Positions 39,265 through 53,504 of a stretch of 64,000 nt of DNA are shown here, piece by piece. Below the pieces are notes generated by a model, which was given only the letters and a program-made list of their open reading frames with translations, did no database searches and was not told where the DNA came from. The DNA is from Octopus sinensis. Lineage: Eukaryota. Each line of letters begins with the position of its first letter. Positions within the stretch are counted from its first letter, which is position 1. The DNA lies in contig NC_043012.1 in assembly GCF_006345805.1 (NCBI RefSeq), positions 43,214,001 through 43,278,000 on the forward strand. The letters are read 5' to 3'. The position numbers and the translations under genes are program-made.

Positions 39265-39335
39265 ATGTCTATGTATATAGCTCAGTCGGTAGTGCATCAG
39301 ATTTTATACATACATATATACAAACATCATGTATA

Positions 39336-39411
<76 letters not shown>

Positions 39412-39417
<6 letters not shown>

Positions 39418-39584
39418 TTGTTATCGCCATATTAATATGGCATTCTTATAGATATAAGAATAATCGCTGCCGCTATTGATACACGCTGCCGATAGCTATT
39501 GATACACGATCTGTATCCATTATAACCTTCGATTATACACGATCTGTATCCATTATAACCTTCGAATGGCGATAACAATTAATT
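39412..39584. mobile_element. 173-bp MITE-like element with 19-bp perfect TIRs
   Basis: AATTAATTGTTATCGCCAT ... ATGGCGATAACAATTAATT; internal tandem duplications. Confidence 0.65.
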
Positions 39585-39690
39585 TCCAGTAAACGCTGCC
39601 GTAATCTCTTTTATAGAGACTTAGTAATTTTAATATTTCTATTATTATATATACACGATATATATATATATATATACAAACATGCATGCA

Positions 39691-39749
<59 letters not shown>

Positions 39750-39930
39750 CATATTAGAGGATATATTAGCCTCTTAAAGGGATGATTACATCCAAGAAAA
39801 TACCTCATATTTTTGGGAAATAAATCAAAAGGTATACATTATGCATATAATCGGTATTCAATTAATAGAAGAAAAGAAAATGGAGAGTTGAAATTTAATA
39901 ATTATTTATTAATAACTTGATACTTCATAC

Positions 39931-40022
39931 TTCCTACAGCTGTTTCAATTGTGCTCCTTAAATTAATTAGTAATTTATGCATTAAATTTGCATTTATAAG
40001 ATATGAAAATATCATCAGGGAA
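39931..40022 (-). ncRNA. Hammerhead-like motif with weak stem II (PLE pLTR relic)
   Basis: TTCC CTGATGA ..65 nt.. GAAA C AGCT GTA GGAA; flanked by the same GAAAATGGAG motif as 1488 and 5257. Confidence 0.55.
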
Positions 40023-40520
40023 AATGATATACAATAAAAGATTACACGTTGACCTCTTACTTCATACAGGCAGATTAAATATATGGAGTTATTTTATTTT
40101 TATCTTTGTGTGTGCGTGAGGGTTAACGGATTAATTTGAATATTATAAGAAATAAAGTAAAACGAATAAGATACAATAAAATAAAATAATATAAAAAGTA
40201 AAATGCAATAAAAATGAAAAGTATAAAATATAAAATAAGATAAAAATAAAAAAATAAACGTATAACAAAATTGAAATAACTTACAATATATATATATATA
40301 TATATACATATTTTTTAATAATATATTATTATTAATATCAGGAAATTAATATCCAAACTCATCATAAAGATATACCTGTGTGAAAATACTTATCGTATTA
40401 AAATATATATAAATAAATAAATATAAATATATATAAGAATATATGTAAATATTTATAAATATAAATATAATGTATAAATAAATTTGATAGTTTAAAAGTT
40501 TTGAATTAATTATTTAAAGC

Positions 40521-40610
40521 ATCTTACGATCGTTTCAGAGAAGAGTTGTCCCTATAATGAAATCCTATATTGATAAGCATTTATAGACAACGCTTCTGCT
40601 CTTCAGAGAT
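40521..40610 (-). ncRNA. Minimal type I hammerhead with long stem II
   Basis: ATCT CTGAAGA GCAGAAGCGTTGTC-35nt-GACAACTCTTCTCT GAAA C GATC GTA AGAT. Confidence 0.8.
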
Positions 40611-40725
40611 ATAAAATATGAATATTGTATAATATATCGAATGATAGTTTTTAAAAAAAATTTGAAGTAAAACTGTAAAATGGTGTTTGTTTGAAATATA
40701 AATTAAAAATTTACAATTACTACTG

Positions 40726-40783
<58 letters not shown>

Positions 40784-40848
40784 GATAGATAAATAAATAT
40801 GTGCATCTGATATACATACATATAACATACACACACATACACACAACC

Positions 40849-40964
<116 letters not shown>

Positions 40965-42330
40965 AAATATATATGTAAATCGTGCAAAAGTATATATACA
41001 TAGATACACACTTATCTTAATATATCAGAGCATTGCGTGTGTGCGTGTGTTCGTATTTTCGCTATGGATTCGAAAACTGAGTTGCCGATTCTGATGTATA
41101 ACGTATCAAAAGATTCAGTAATCTTTCAGTTACCAAATAAACCTTATTTTCATTAACATATTCTCATTACAAAAATTTAACATTATAATTTTTCTCTAAG
41201 TCGACATTTTCTGTAAAACGACATTTTATACCACATCCGACGACGACGTCACATTTTCTATATTAGTGTACATGTGTTTGCGCGTTCGTTACGTACGTTT
41301 GGCCGATGACTAACAAGTATATGTGTGTGAGTGTTTGTATCTGTCAGTATACATAATTTTTTGTGACGACTAACACACATACACACATCTAAAGTTAGAT
41401 AGACACACAAAGAGATAAATATAGGCCTGAGGTGTGCGTGAATGTATGTCTGTGTGTGTCTGTCTTAGTATATGTATGTGACTGTACCGCCCAGTAGTGA
41501 AACGCGCCGATCTTGAAAGAGTATAGTTGCGGCCTGGACGTTGAACGAACAACAGCGTTCACTTTGAATTACCACTGTTTGGATTTTCCTTTACATCATA
41601 AAAACTTGCGATTTAAACAGCATTAACGATTATCACTACTTTGTGCTGAAATACTATTCTGGTTTTTATAACCAACATGAAGATTTGGCTGATTTGACAG
41701 CACTCACAACACTCGCAAATATCGGAAACTTGGCAAAGTAGAAAGCCTTAGCGGCTCTTTCAATATTATTACAGTTGTGATTCAGAATAGTTCACACGTG
41801 TGCTGAGGCTGGCTAAAGGATTTTACATTTAGGTATAACTGGGGTACCTATGTGTACTCATGACTCTTGCTTGTGCTTTTTTCCATGGGTGCGTATAAGT
41901 ATTTCTTACTGAAGAGGGAAGAATCATCTATAAGATTAATCCCGAATTTGATTCAATATAGAAATAACGAACTTTTTAAAAAACATTCTGTTGGCTTGCA
42001 TTCCTCGATTTCAGCACAACGTGTATTTATAGTGAATGTATAATGAAATGGGAAAATTCTCGATTTAAAGTCTGTTATCGGCATATTGGCATCGAAATTT
42101 ATATATATATATATACAGAGAGAGAGAGAGAAAAAAAAACTAACATATATAGACTGTATTATGTATTAATTTGTGCTCATTGACTGGAGAAATTCAAATT
42201 AGTTTACATGCGGTTAGCGTTTCAGAAAATATCTAATCATCACGGTTTCTCAATATATGCGTGTCTGGAATTATGTGATAATAAAAGACTCACAGTAATA
42301 ATCGCGTGCATATATATGTGTATGTATGTA

Positions 42331-42429
<99 letters not shown>

Positions 42430-42500
42430 TTATATAGAGCGTAATAGAAAAAGAAGACAAACGCACAAGATGTTATTTAAATCATTTATGTCACCATATC

Positions 42501-42582
42501 ACCGGCTTATGTTTCGATTGATGCATTAAAATAAATCCAAGAGGAAGAATGATGTGGAATAATGTATCATTCTCACCAGGGA
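42501..42582 (-). ncRNA. Degenerate long-stem-II hammerhead downstream of a Naiad-like 3' fragment
   Basis: CC CTGGTGA GAATGATACATT..AATGCATCAATC GAAA C ATAA GCC GG; core A6G and mutated cleavage triplet. Confidence 0.5.
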
Positions 42583-42849
42583 GGAGATTATAAACAACAG
42601 TGCTCACTAATAAGCCAGTTTTACAGATTTAAGAAACTATAATATATAATTCATGAAAAACAAAGGTGGATAGGAAACGCTAGTAAATTTAAAATACCGT
42701 TAAAAAATTTAACGTCATAGTACGAGAGAAGAAGAAAAGGAAGAGAGAAGGAAAATTAAAGGAGTAATGGGGGTATAAGCAAATAGAAGGTAAATGACAA
42801 ATGGATAGAAATGATAAGGGCAAAAAAGAATAAAGTGTAAGTTGTAGAT

Positions 42850-43060
42850 ATTTTTAGGTAAGGGGGCAGATATTATTTGAAATAGTTGAAAGTGTGTTTT
42901 TTCCAATGTAAACACCTGTAAACACTTTCTTTATAGGTGTTGACCAGTGTGTGTTTGGGAAAAGGATAGATAGTTGTTCGTCCGTACAAAGAGAGCAAAA
43001 AGATTTCCCTTTATCATAGGGAAACGATCTTGACAAAATTTTCCATTCCAAAGAGAATTG
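42850..43060 (-). mobile_element. Naiad-like PLE C-terminal fragment
   Basis: EWKILSRSFPYDKGKSFCSLCTDEQLSIL aligns with [29 protein letters not shown] of 2187-4262. Confidence 0.8.
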
Positions 43061-43322
43061 TTTATTAGTCTTTGAGATGCTAAATTAGTTTACTAAGACC
43101 TGTAGCATTACGTTTATGAAAATATTTAAGTTTAGAAAGATGGTTGGCCAAAAGTTTTTTTTTTAATATTTTCCTGGATGAAATGCCAATATGAAAATAT
43201 TCTTTAGTTCCTGAAAAAACTTTATATTGATAAGCGACACATTTAATTCTACAATTTTCGTTGAGAACGCAAATTTTATTCGGACCACTATTACAAGTAC
43301 TATTACTATTATTTAAGAAGTG

Positions 43323-43391
<69 letters not shown>

Positions 43392-44420
43392 ATTGTTATG
43401 ACAGTTATTAAGCGAAAACTTTTAACCGTTAAGAATATAGTTGTCATGTGAGGATATAATTTGTAGGAGGTTATTAGTGTTGGAGAAACCAATTCTGATA
43501 TGAGTTGAGAATAGAGTAATACCTGGAATTTTTGGGAAAGTTCCTTTCGATGGCTTATTTTATTCTATCTTATTATTTATTTTACTTTATTTCTTATTAT
43601 ATTCAAATCAATCTGTTAACTCTCACGCACACGCAAAAATAAAAATAAAATAACTTCATATATTTAGTCTGCCTGTATGAACTAAGAGGTCAACATGTTA
43701 TCTTTTATTGTATTTCTGTTTCCCTGATGATATTGTATTCATATCTTTTATATGCGAATTTAAAAAGCATAAATTTGTAATTTATACATATTTTATACAC
43801 ACACATATACATATATATACGCACATACATATGCATACGTATGTACACACACACATACACGCACAAACGTATCATGAGTAGTTCATATATTCGAAAGAGA
43901 AGCATACTCTAAAATATTAGTGCAGTAATATATTTTTCGTTTGACTCAAAATCGTTTTGAGTCTGATGAGTTGCCTATACTAGCTACTTTATGAGTACGA
44001 AACCAATGTTCACTCTATGACCGGCTATAACAATTAACTTCCTAACACACACACACACACGACAGTTATGTTTTTCTCTTATGTGTATATATTGCATTTT
44101 CCAATTAAAGTTTTGTTTGTTTGCAGAGACCACAAAAGGCAATACCAAATTCAGAAGGAGGGAAACTTAAAATATTATTACGAAAACAAAACTCAATAGC
44201 AAACATGAAAACGTATTTATTCTTTGTCAGTTACTTTTGAGTTACTGAAATTAATATAACAATGAATTTTGCTATAGATCTCAAATCGAAGTTAGCATAC
44301 ATATACATACTTTGTGATTTTTTCGTTACAAGCGTATATCACACACGCTCACACACATGTACACAATACACACATTCATTATACGTACGTTCATAAATAT
44401 ATACATATAAATAATGATAT

Positions 44421-44590
44421 CATCATCATCATCATCGATTAACATGCGTTTTCCATGCTGGCATGGGTTGGACGGTCTGATTGCGGTCTGGAGAGCCAGC
44501 GGCTGCAACAGGCTCCAATCTGGTCTGGCAGAATTTCTACAGATGGATGCCCTTCCTAACGTCAACCACTCCGAGAGTGTAGTGGGTGCC
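44421..44590 (-). mobile_element. SINE 3' fragment (Meta-domain-like) ending in (GAT)n
   Basis: Minus strand GGTTGACGTTAGGAAGGGCATCCATCTGTAGAAA..GCATGGAAAACGCATGTTAATCGATGATGATG; domain name from memory. Confidence 0.55.
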
Positions 44591-45111
44591 TATATATACA
44601 TATATATATATCTTCATACACACACACACACACACACACACTTATATATATATTCATATACACATACATATATGTGTGCGTGTTGTGTGCTTGAGTGAGT
44701 GTCTATGCAAGCGGAGGTGTGAGTTTTTGCGTTTTTGAGTACATGAGCACTAAATGAAATACTTTGATTCAAATGTGTTAAATTCCTCCTTTGATAAGAT
44801 GCTAGCACAGTACAGGTGTCATCCGCAGACTTAGTATTTATTGAAGTTGGTAAAATGAGAAAAATTACTCTATATATTCTTCATAGTTACAATAAAGATG
44901 AATCTGAATATTTCAATATTCTTGCAATCACTTATTGATTTCCGATTCTAAACACACATTCACGCATGTTAGCACATCTACACACAGCTATACATACTCC
45001 ACCAAATCCGCGCTGATACAATAAAAACATCGACAGAAAAAATACACACATAAAAGCAGGCTCACTTAAGTTTATACTAAGATATCTTTGAGAAGAAAAC
45101 TATGTGCCTAC

Positions 45112-45321
45112 CAGTCTTCATCGAGCCATTGAAGCATGCCACGGCAGCATACTCTTTATAATAACACATCGACACCGGTGGAAGTTGGGGACATTGGTCC
45201 AGAGTCGTTTCATTACCAGTACAGCTTAACTGAGATAAGGTATGGTCCCATGTATGGAGGCCATATACTCCACAGCAAATTGGTATACCATTTCCATGAC
45301 CCAATTCTCTGCACACCACAG
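45112..45321 (-). CDS. SRCR domain 5, second half (vicinal CC)
   Basis: tatag acceptor, (T)VVCRELG..PICCGVYG..LSCTGNE..YAAVACF; 210 nt. Confidence 0.9.
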
Positions 45322-45769
45322 CTATAATAATGATAAAAAATAAAGTGAAATAAAATTTAGACATGTAAGAATTCGGTTATGGAAAAGATATGTACATGTC
45401 AAAAATTGGTTTTAAAAAGAAAAAAAAATCTGTTGTTTATATAAAGTAATTAATGTTAAACTAGTAATATATCTGAAATTGTATAAACACAACAATATGT
45501 TTACAATTACAGTAACATGTATGTATGTATGTATGTATGTGTGTATGTATGTATGTATGTATGTATGTATGTATGTATGTATATATGTATGCATGTACAC
45601 GTGCAGATTTGTATGTTTTGTTTTAAGTATGTCTTCTCATGCATATACTTGCATATCTAGACATGCTCATATATACTTAAATAGTAAACTTCTGGAAAGC
45701 TTTACATATTTTTACAGTTCCAGTGATGGCTTAGATCTGCAGTCTTCCAATCAGCTTTCTCCTATCTGG

Positions 45770-46150
45770 TTTTGAGAAGACTAATTTCTCAAGATAGCTA
45801 TTTAGGCAGTGTATTACGTATCCCAGTGCCCTAATAATTACAGGTATAACCCTGAGCTTGTAATCTGGATAGAGTAACTGCAGATTTCTCAGTGGTTCAG
45901 CGTAGGTATTCTCTTTTTCACTGATCTTCAGCTTTATGTTAACATCCGGTACGGAGCCGATTTCCACAACTGTGCACAGTTTCTCTTCTCTAACCCAAAT
46001 CATTATATCAGGTCTGTTGTGATTACATTCTATTGAGGTTTTCACTGGGACATTCCACCAGTACTCCATTTCATAATGAGGGGTTATGGCTTCCACCATA
46101 CTGTGGGTTATTACTTTCTTGTCTTCAGGGCTATCCTTTCGACGGATTTC
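45770..46150 (-). mobile_element. REL-endonuclease LINE 3' fragment
   Basis: HNRPDIMIW..CTVVEI..PDVNIKLKISEKENTY..PVIIRALGY; homologous piece at ~62885-62945 (+). Confidence 0.75.
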
Positions 46151-46489
46151 GTTAGGCTATTCAGAAAGTCCTGTGGTCTGCAGCTTGAATATGACTGGAG
46201 TAAACACTCTACTAGGGCATGAATGATAACATCGGACGTAAGACCACGCGTTACACTTTATCAGGTCCGTATTAACGTGCATGTATGTGTGTGTGAGTGT
46301 GTGTTTGTGTGTGTATGTGTGTGTGTGTGTGTGTGTATGTGTACATAAGCACGAACATGGTTCTGTGGTTAAAATTAGCTTCTGACCACGTAGTCAAGTG
46401 TTTAGGTTCAATGTATATCACTTTAGGCATGTGTCATTTACAATAGCTTTGGTCCGTTCAATGTCTTTTGAGAGGAATACATACATACA

Positions 46490-46497
46490 TACAAACA

Positions 46498-46533
<36 letters not shown>

Positions 46534-46539
46534 CATATG

Positions 46540-46576
<37 letters not shown>

Positions 46577-46632
46577 GTAAATATGTATGTATATGCATAT
46601 ATATGTAATATACACATATATATATATGCTTA

Positions 46633-46680
<48 letters not shown>

Positions 46681-46707
46681 GAAGTATAATATATGTATAT
46701 ATAGAAG

Positions 46708-46747
<40 letters not shown>

Positions 46748-46773
46748 AGTATAAATATGTATATATATATAAG

Positions 46774-46807
<34 letters not shown>

Positions 46808-46967
46808 AGTATATATATATATATATATATTATTATATATATACATATATATAAGTATATATATATATATAATATATATATGTATGTATATATATATATA
46901 TATTATAATAATATTATATACATATATATAAGTATATATATATATAATATATAAGAGTATATATATG

Positions 46968-47008
<41 letters not shown>

Positions 47009-47438
47009 ATATATAACATTATAAAGTATATATATATATAAGTATATATGTATGTATATATATATGTATATATATATAATATATATATATATAATATACA
47101 TATATATAAGTATATATATAAGTATATATATGTATATAAGTATATATATATATATATATTATATAATATATATATATATATATATATAAAAGTATATATA
47201 TATATATATATATATATATAAGTAATATATGTATATATATAAGTATATATATGTATATATATATATATATTAAATATGTATGTATATGCATATATATGTA
47301 TATATATACACATATATATATATATGCTTATATATATATATATACATATATATATATAAGTATATATATATGTATATAATAAGTATATATATTATATGTA
47401 TCTATATATATATAAGTATATGTATGTATATATATAAG

Positions 47439-47470
<32 letters not shown>

Positions 47471-47501
47471 ATATAGTATATATATATATATATATATATA
47501 G

Positions 47502-47532
<31 letters not shown>

Positions 47533-47763
47533 TATATATATATATACATATATATAAGTATATATATATATATATATATATAAGTATTATATGTATGTAT
47601 ATATATATATACATATATATATAAGTATATATATATATGTATATATATATGTATATTTATATATATAATATATACATATATATAGTATATATATAAGTAT
47701 ATATATGTATATAATATATTAATATATATATATATATAAGTATATATATGTACATATATATAT

Positions 47764-47817
<54 letters not shown>

Positions 47818-47875
47818 CATAATATATATATACATATATTATATATATATACATATATATATATATATAATATAT

Positions 47876-47956
<81 letters not shown>

Positions 47957-47960
47957 GCAT
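46490..47960. repeat. ~1.5-kb (TA)n-derived compound microsatellite with recurrent TATAAGTATA units
   Basis: Direct reading. Confidence 0.95.
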
Positions 47961-49124
47961 CGCACAAACAATAGTAAATGCGACCAAAGTTCAATAACCC
48001 ACGTACTGGATATAGCGAAATACGCATCTAAATACTAACTAAGGAGATGTAAACCGCAATGAAAAGCACGAATTACGGCCAAATCGTAATAGTAGAAATG
48101 CTAATGATACAGCTAACACGGTAACAACGTCGGAAAATGGAGTCGGAACTGCCTTATATACAAATAAATATGATAAATGCTCATGCAGAGAAAAATAAAA
48201 TAAAAATCGCCATTGATGAGTCTCTGTATGAGTACAAATCTTGCATATAAATGTACCGTGCACACAAGGGGAGGCCCGTATTCTTGCTGATTCAATTAAG
48301 AATCATAATCGTAACCATGTCGCCAGCTTTAGACAATCAATAAGAGGCATTCAACAATTTGGCCGATTTTGTATGGTGACTGAAGGAGGATAAAATTAAG
48401 AATAGCATAACTTGGTCCATAGTAAGGCACGCGAAACGATAAAATATAATTTCTAGGAGACGCTGTCCTAGCTTCGAGGAATCCATGACTAATGAGAAGA
48501 TCATTAATAGAATTTTTGAAAGACTCTCAAGAGGCCTACACGCATATAAGTGTACTTTCGCACAATGCAGTGGGAATGAGTTTGAGTAACTGTTAACATA
48601 GTTTACTTTTAACCTTCCTGTTCTTATAAATACCATGTAGATATTTAACTCGCTTTGTGGTCGTGAGGGCACCAAACCACATGTGTGCGTGTGCTTACAT
48701 TTTCGCGGATGCTTGTATGAGCGATTGGACACGCGCCATGCAGCTTGCACGGGGGCGTTTATGCATCCATATTTGTTAACGGTTATTTTTAATATTTTTC
48801 TCTCTGTATTGCATGTTCGTTTCTTTTTTGCATCTGTGATTATATTTTTGATCTTCTATAGAAATGAAGATATTTCCTTCGTTTTGCTGCGTTTCTTTCT
48901 ACGAAATGAGAAGATATATAGCGGAACTGTTATCTTAACGAGTTGCGTCTATCGATCACCCAATGAGACGCATCTGCACTGCCGGATGTTTGTGGCCATG
49001 CTGGAGTACCACTTTAGTCGAGCAAATCGACACCAGGACTTATTCTTTGTAATCAAGTCACTGGAAGCATTCAATGTCACTACGCCCCCCCCACAAAAAG
49101 CGCGTCAAGGCCACGCTGGTTTCT

Positions 49125-49460
49125 TTCATCATTGCGAAAGGAATTGTCCACACAGTATTTCTTCCACGTGGTCAGGTTGTTAACCAGGCATTTTACTTGG
49201 CAGTTCTGAAGCATTTGCGAGACGCGGTGTGACGAAAACGTCCCGACTAGTGGCAAAGTGGTGAGTGGTGGATTCATCATGGTAATACACCTGCGCACAC
49301 CGCCTTGATTGTGAGACAGTTTGTGACCAAAAATGGCGTAACCCCGTCTGCATTACTTCAAATGGAGAATATTTTGAAGGCGATAAAAGCGTAAACATGT
49401 AAATTAAATGAATAAGATAATATTTCAAAATTCTGATTTTTTGGGGCTACCTTATCGTAT
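49125..49460 (+). mobile_element. Mariner catalytic-domain remnant and right end
   Basis: GIVHTVFLPRGQVVNQAFY..WWIHHGNTPAHTAL; TATTTTGAAGGCGATAA; end ..TACCTTATCGTA. Confidence 0.8.
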
Positions 49461-49515
49461 TTGCTAAATGACTGGTATCTTTCATGCATGCGCGTACAAA
49501 TATATGTATTTATAG

Positions 49516-49913
49516 ACTAGCACTATCGCCCAGCGTTGCTCGGGTTTGTAAGGGAAATAACTATATAAGCATTTTTAGAGATGTAAAGTATAATAGCCAT
49601 CTCTATATGGCTAAGTACAAAGGGGGGGGGGTTACTGTAGCTTTTTATGTTCTGAGATTTAAGAATAAAGTTTTAGAGAGTTACTTCCCTTATATATGCC
49701 AAAAATGCATTAAAAATGGGAAAAATTGATGGTAATTTCTTTTAAAATCGTAGACTCATTGTAGACGCGTGCTAATACCCAGAAAGGCTCGATATGGATC
49801 ACGACTATAAGATACCCGGTTTTGGTTAAACTGCACCGCAAAATGTGGGAGTAGTTAGGAATCTAAATCGTAGGAGACAGACAGCACACAACCTCACTTT
49901 TATATATGGAGAT
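49516..49913 (+). mobile_element. Non-autonomous Helitron/HINE-like element
   Basis: Starts ACTAGCACTATCGCCCAGCGTTGCTCGGG and ends ..ACAGACAG..CTCACTTTTATATATGGAGAT, a pattern typical of Lep1/DINE-like elements. Confidence 0.5.
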
Positions 49914-50795
49914 ATCAGTCAAGGAAGATAGTTCCAATATGCGAAGCAATACTTATCTAGTTTCCAGGATATACTATCACGAATTACCTCCCTTGTACTG
50001 TTTTTTTTTGCATGACAGGAACTAATATGATTCAAGATGATGGTTTACTGATATGTAAATGATGGCAAATGCCAGACTTTCTTAGAAGTCTTAAAATTCA
50101 GTATTGCTATGCAATTCAAGAGAAAGTTTAGGAGCATTCATGTATATCATCTTGTTCTGTAGCAATAATACATATATGTATTTACATACATACTGAAAAT
50201 GATACACTGGTGTTTTCTATAAAGTTCAGGTATGTTCTGTCGTACTCACTTTACTTTACAGACACTTTGATCTCGTCTATGTCATTAAATCCTTTTCCCA
50301 AAGACTGTCCGTCATTCGACTAAACAGGCAGAATACGGGTCCACCGATTACTGACCAGTTCAATTTGCCAAAGATGTGTGATGAATGTAAATATTTACAG
50401 ATTTTTCGTTCGGTCTCTTCCTCCCAATGTCTTCTCTCATTTTTTTTGTCTCAATGTACAGCTCGACTTTCACTGTACAGCCACATTCGTAGGAGAATGA
50501 TCATTTTGTCTCAGGGAAAATTCACCTATATTTTTCTGTCGACGACAGGCTTGAAAGTGTGACGACTTTCCTTGAGCATTCGTTTTCAGATCATAAAAAT
50601 ACGCCCACGTTTCATTGTCGGTCACCAGATCGGCAAAAAAGCTACTGCTTCATTGGTTTCAAATACTTCTAGACCTCATTATAGCGTAATTACTTCTAGT
50701 TTTCATTATAGCCTTATTATTCCAGTACACATTATAGATAAAACATTAGACATGATTATAGCCTATGAACGGTAATGTCAATACAAAATACATAC

Positions 50796-50900
50796 TGGCA
50801 TCTTCTTTGGTCCAGTTTAGATCGCATAATGTTCCCCAGCTACCACGTCGTCGGATTTGTACAATTCCATTGGAAAAATTATCTCCTTCAGTTAGTCGAA
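50796..50900 (-). CDS. SRCR domain 5, first half
   Basis: ttccag acceptor, (V)RLTEGDNFSNGIVQIRRRGSWGTLCDLNWTKEDA, gtatg donor; 105 nt. Confidence 0.88.
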
Positions 50901-51391
50901 CTGGAAAATAATGTTTTGATGCAGGTTTGAGTTTCATTAATCAAGAACAATAAATACACGTTTGAAGTTACACACAATTGGGCGAAAATATAAAAAATAT
51001 TATGCCTATTGAGCGGCAGCGCATATAATATACTTAAGACGCTCTTAAGCAGGATAGTAGAAATACAAAGCAAGGCAATGCGTGGTTATGAGTGAGAATA
51101 AAGTTAGAAATTTAGAGAGGGCAGTATTTTATCATTGAAAACTCGATTTACACAACATTTGGTTAACAAATAATGGAATTCAGGATATTCAGGTTAGGAT
51201 TCAGTTAATATTCTTACAACAACTTCAGTGAAGGGAAATATGTTCTATTAGAAATAAAATTTAACTTTAATGCATTTGATAGATTTAGAGTTTTATTGAA
51301 TGAAGTTTGTTTCTAAATGAGTTCCTTTGAATGAGCAAGAGGCAGCTCAGTGCACCTCTCACGCTAGGTCTTATGTGTAGTAACAGCAACA

Positions 51392-51432
<41 letters not shown>

Positions 51433-51625
51433 TTGCAAGATTTTTGGTGTGAAATCGTGTATTGAAACATATATTGTTGTATTTAGGAATGGTCATTTTG
51501 CCAGTTTAGCCAATAAAAACACACGCACTATATATTTGGTGTTACTGTGCTTCAGCGTTATTTAATTTTTACATTAATCTTAATCTTATTTCGGCCAGAG
51601 TTCTTTCGTCACACTCTTGTGACCA

Positions 51626-51675
<50 letters not shown>

Positions 51676-51825
51676 ATGTATATGTATATAGGATAAAATC
51701 CTTTTAAGAGCAGTATTTACGCGTTGAAAATATAGCTTTCTACTTGTTCTACAGTACATTTCAACACTTCAAAAACAAACTTAGGTTTGTTTACATATGA
51801 CGTAATATATATATGTATATATATA

Positions 51826-51888
<63 letters not shown>

Positions 51889-51889
<1 letters not shown>

Positions 51890-53094
51890 AATAGTAAAAA
51901 GTGAAAAAACTACAGAAGGCTTGTTTTAAAAGGTTAAAAAATATATATTTGAGTCAATATGTCTGAAGAATGTTATAAATTTTTTTCCTTACAATGACAA
52001 ACATCCCCTTCAAGAAGGATATGCACAATAGTGTCAGAACAAAATACCAGGAACATTAGACTGCAAGAACTCAAAAACACCCTAATTGACAGACATTACC
52101 CAGCTCAACTCATAGAGGATGGGATCAGACGTACAACAGAAATCAACATAGAAACTTTAAGAAAAGTTCAACACAACAACACACCTTCCCCGAAAATACT
52201 ACCTTACATATCCACATACAACCCCAGAAACAAAGAAGCCTTCACCATCATCACCCAGAATTTACCAATACTTCATAAGGACCCCAAATTAAAGGAAATT
52301 CTAAACACACACCAAATCATTAAAAGCTACAAACAACCTAAATCACTTAAAAAGATTCTCACAAAGGCAAAATTGTTTTCTGAAATTACGGATGCAAAAG
52401 TAAAAAAAATGTGGTAGACCGAACTGTGCAACATGTCCAAACCTGCTAGAAGGATCAGAATTCCTCTTCAAAGAGGGACAGAAATTCAAGATCAAATCTA
52501 ATTTTACTTGTGCCTCTGAAAACATAATTTATGTCATAAAATGCTCGGGCTGCCACCAAGACTACGTGGGATCCACGGGACTATCACTCAGACGTAGATG
52601 CACACTGCATCGACAACAGATTGCATTCCCAGAATACAGAATGATACCCTTTAGTGAGCACATTGAGAAATGCGCAAAGCAACTACTACCACAATTTTTA
52701 ATCTTTCCATTTTACCAATGTGCTATCGGATCATCAACACAAACTAGACTAAACAAGGAAACATTCTTCATTGAAAAGTACAAGCCCAGACTTAACCATT
52801 CCAACATACTTATACAGAGAAATTCACTCCAAAAGAAAGGCAAAAAATTTTAAGCGATTATCTTCCTTACACCGGAAGAAATCACTTATTACCTCCCCTT
52901 ATCTGGAACTCTTCTCAACATAAACATAACGATAACTCTTCTCAACGTAAACATAACGATGTAAGACATTTGAAAAGCTGAACGCGAAACCAGTCATTTC
53001 TTCTAAACTATGTCATTGTAAGGAAAAAAAAAATTTATAACATTCTTCAGACATATTGACAAGCCTTCTGTAGTTTTTTCACTTTTTACTATTT
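51889..53094 (+). mobile_element. Poseidon-type PLE, 5'-truncated, with short inverted pLTR
   Basis: RRICTIVSEQ..RLQELK..LPYISTYNP..NFTCASENIIYVIKCSGCHQDYVG..; inverted repeat 51889-51999 / 53011-53094. Confidence 0.9.
52965..53000 (+). ncRNA. Degenerate minimal hammerhead, U3-A8 variant
   Basis: GACAT TTGAAAA GC TGAAC GC GAAA C CA GTC ATTTC. Confidence 0.5.
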
Positions 53095-53170
53095 TCTATA
53101 TATTCAACCACGTGCTTTCACAAACCAACTTTCTCATCTATATATATATATATATATATCAAGTAATTTA

Positions 53171-53504
53171 AGATTAGATAAGGTATATAACACTACTTAC
53201 AAAAATCTGAGCCATTGCTCCAAAAGCCACCATAAAAAAATTACGATAAAGTAAGGAACGCACACGAGCTAACGCAATGAATATTTTAGAAATAGATGTT
53301 AAATGCTGTTTTCAACTGAAGATCGCAAAGGATGTTTGTCATGCAAAGCGTGGAATCATCTGGTATTGAAATAAGCATTACTTAGGTAAGCCAATTTCTG
53401 AAGCGTTCATTGCATTGCTCGTGCGTATTTTTATAGTAATTTTAATGGTGGTTTTTGGAGCAATGGCTCTGATTTTAGCAAGTGGTACTATATACACTAT
53501 GTTA
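53171..53504. mobile_element. MITE with ~100-bp imperfect TIRs and a 9-10-bp flanking direct repeat (Mutator-like)
   Basis: Arms ~53181-53282 and ~53403-53498; AAGTAATTTA at 53161 and 53505. Confidence 0.65.

Noticed and set aside
41370-41830. Relatively complex, non-repetitive intronic stretch that might be an exon or alternative promoter
   Set aside because: No recognisable domain, convincing splice pair or promoter evidence
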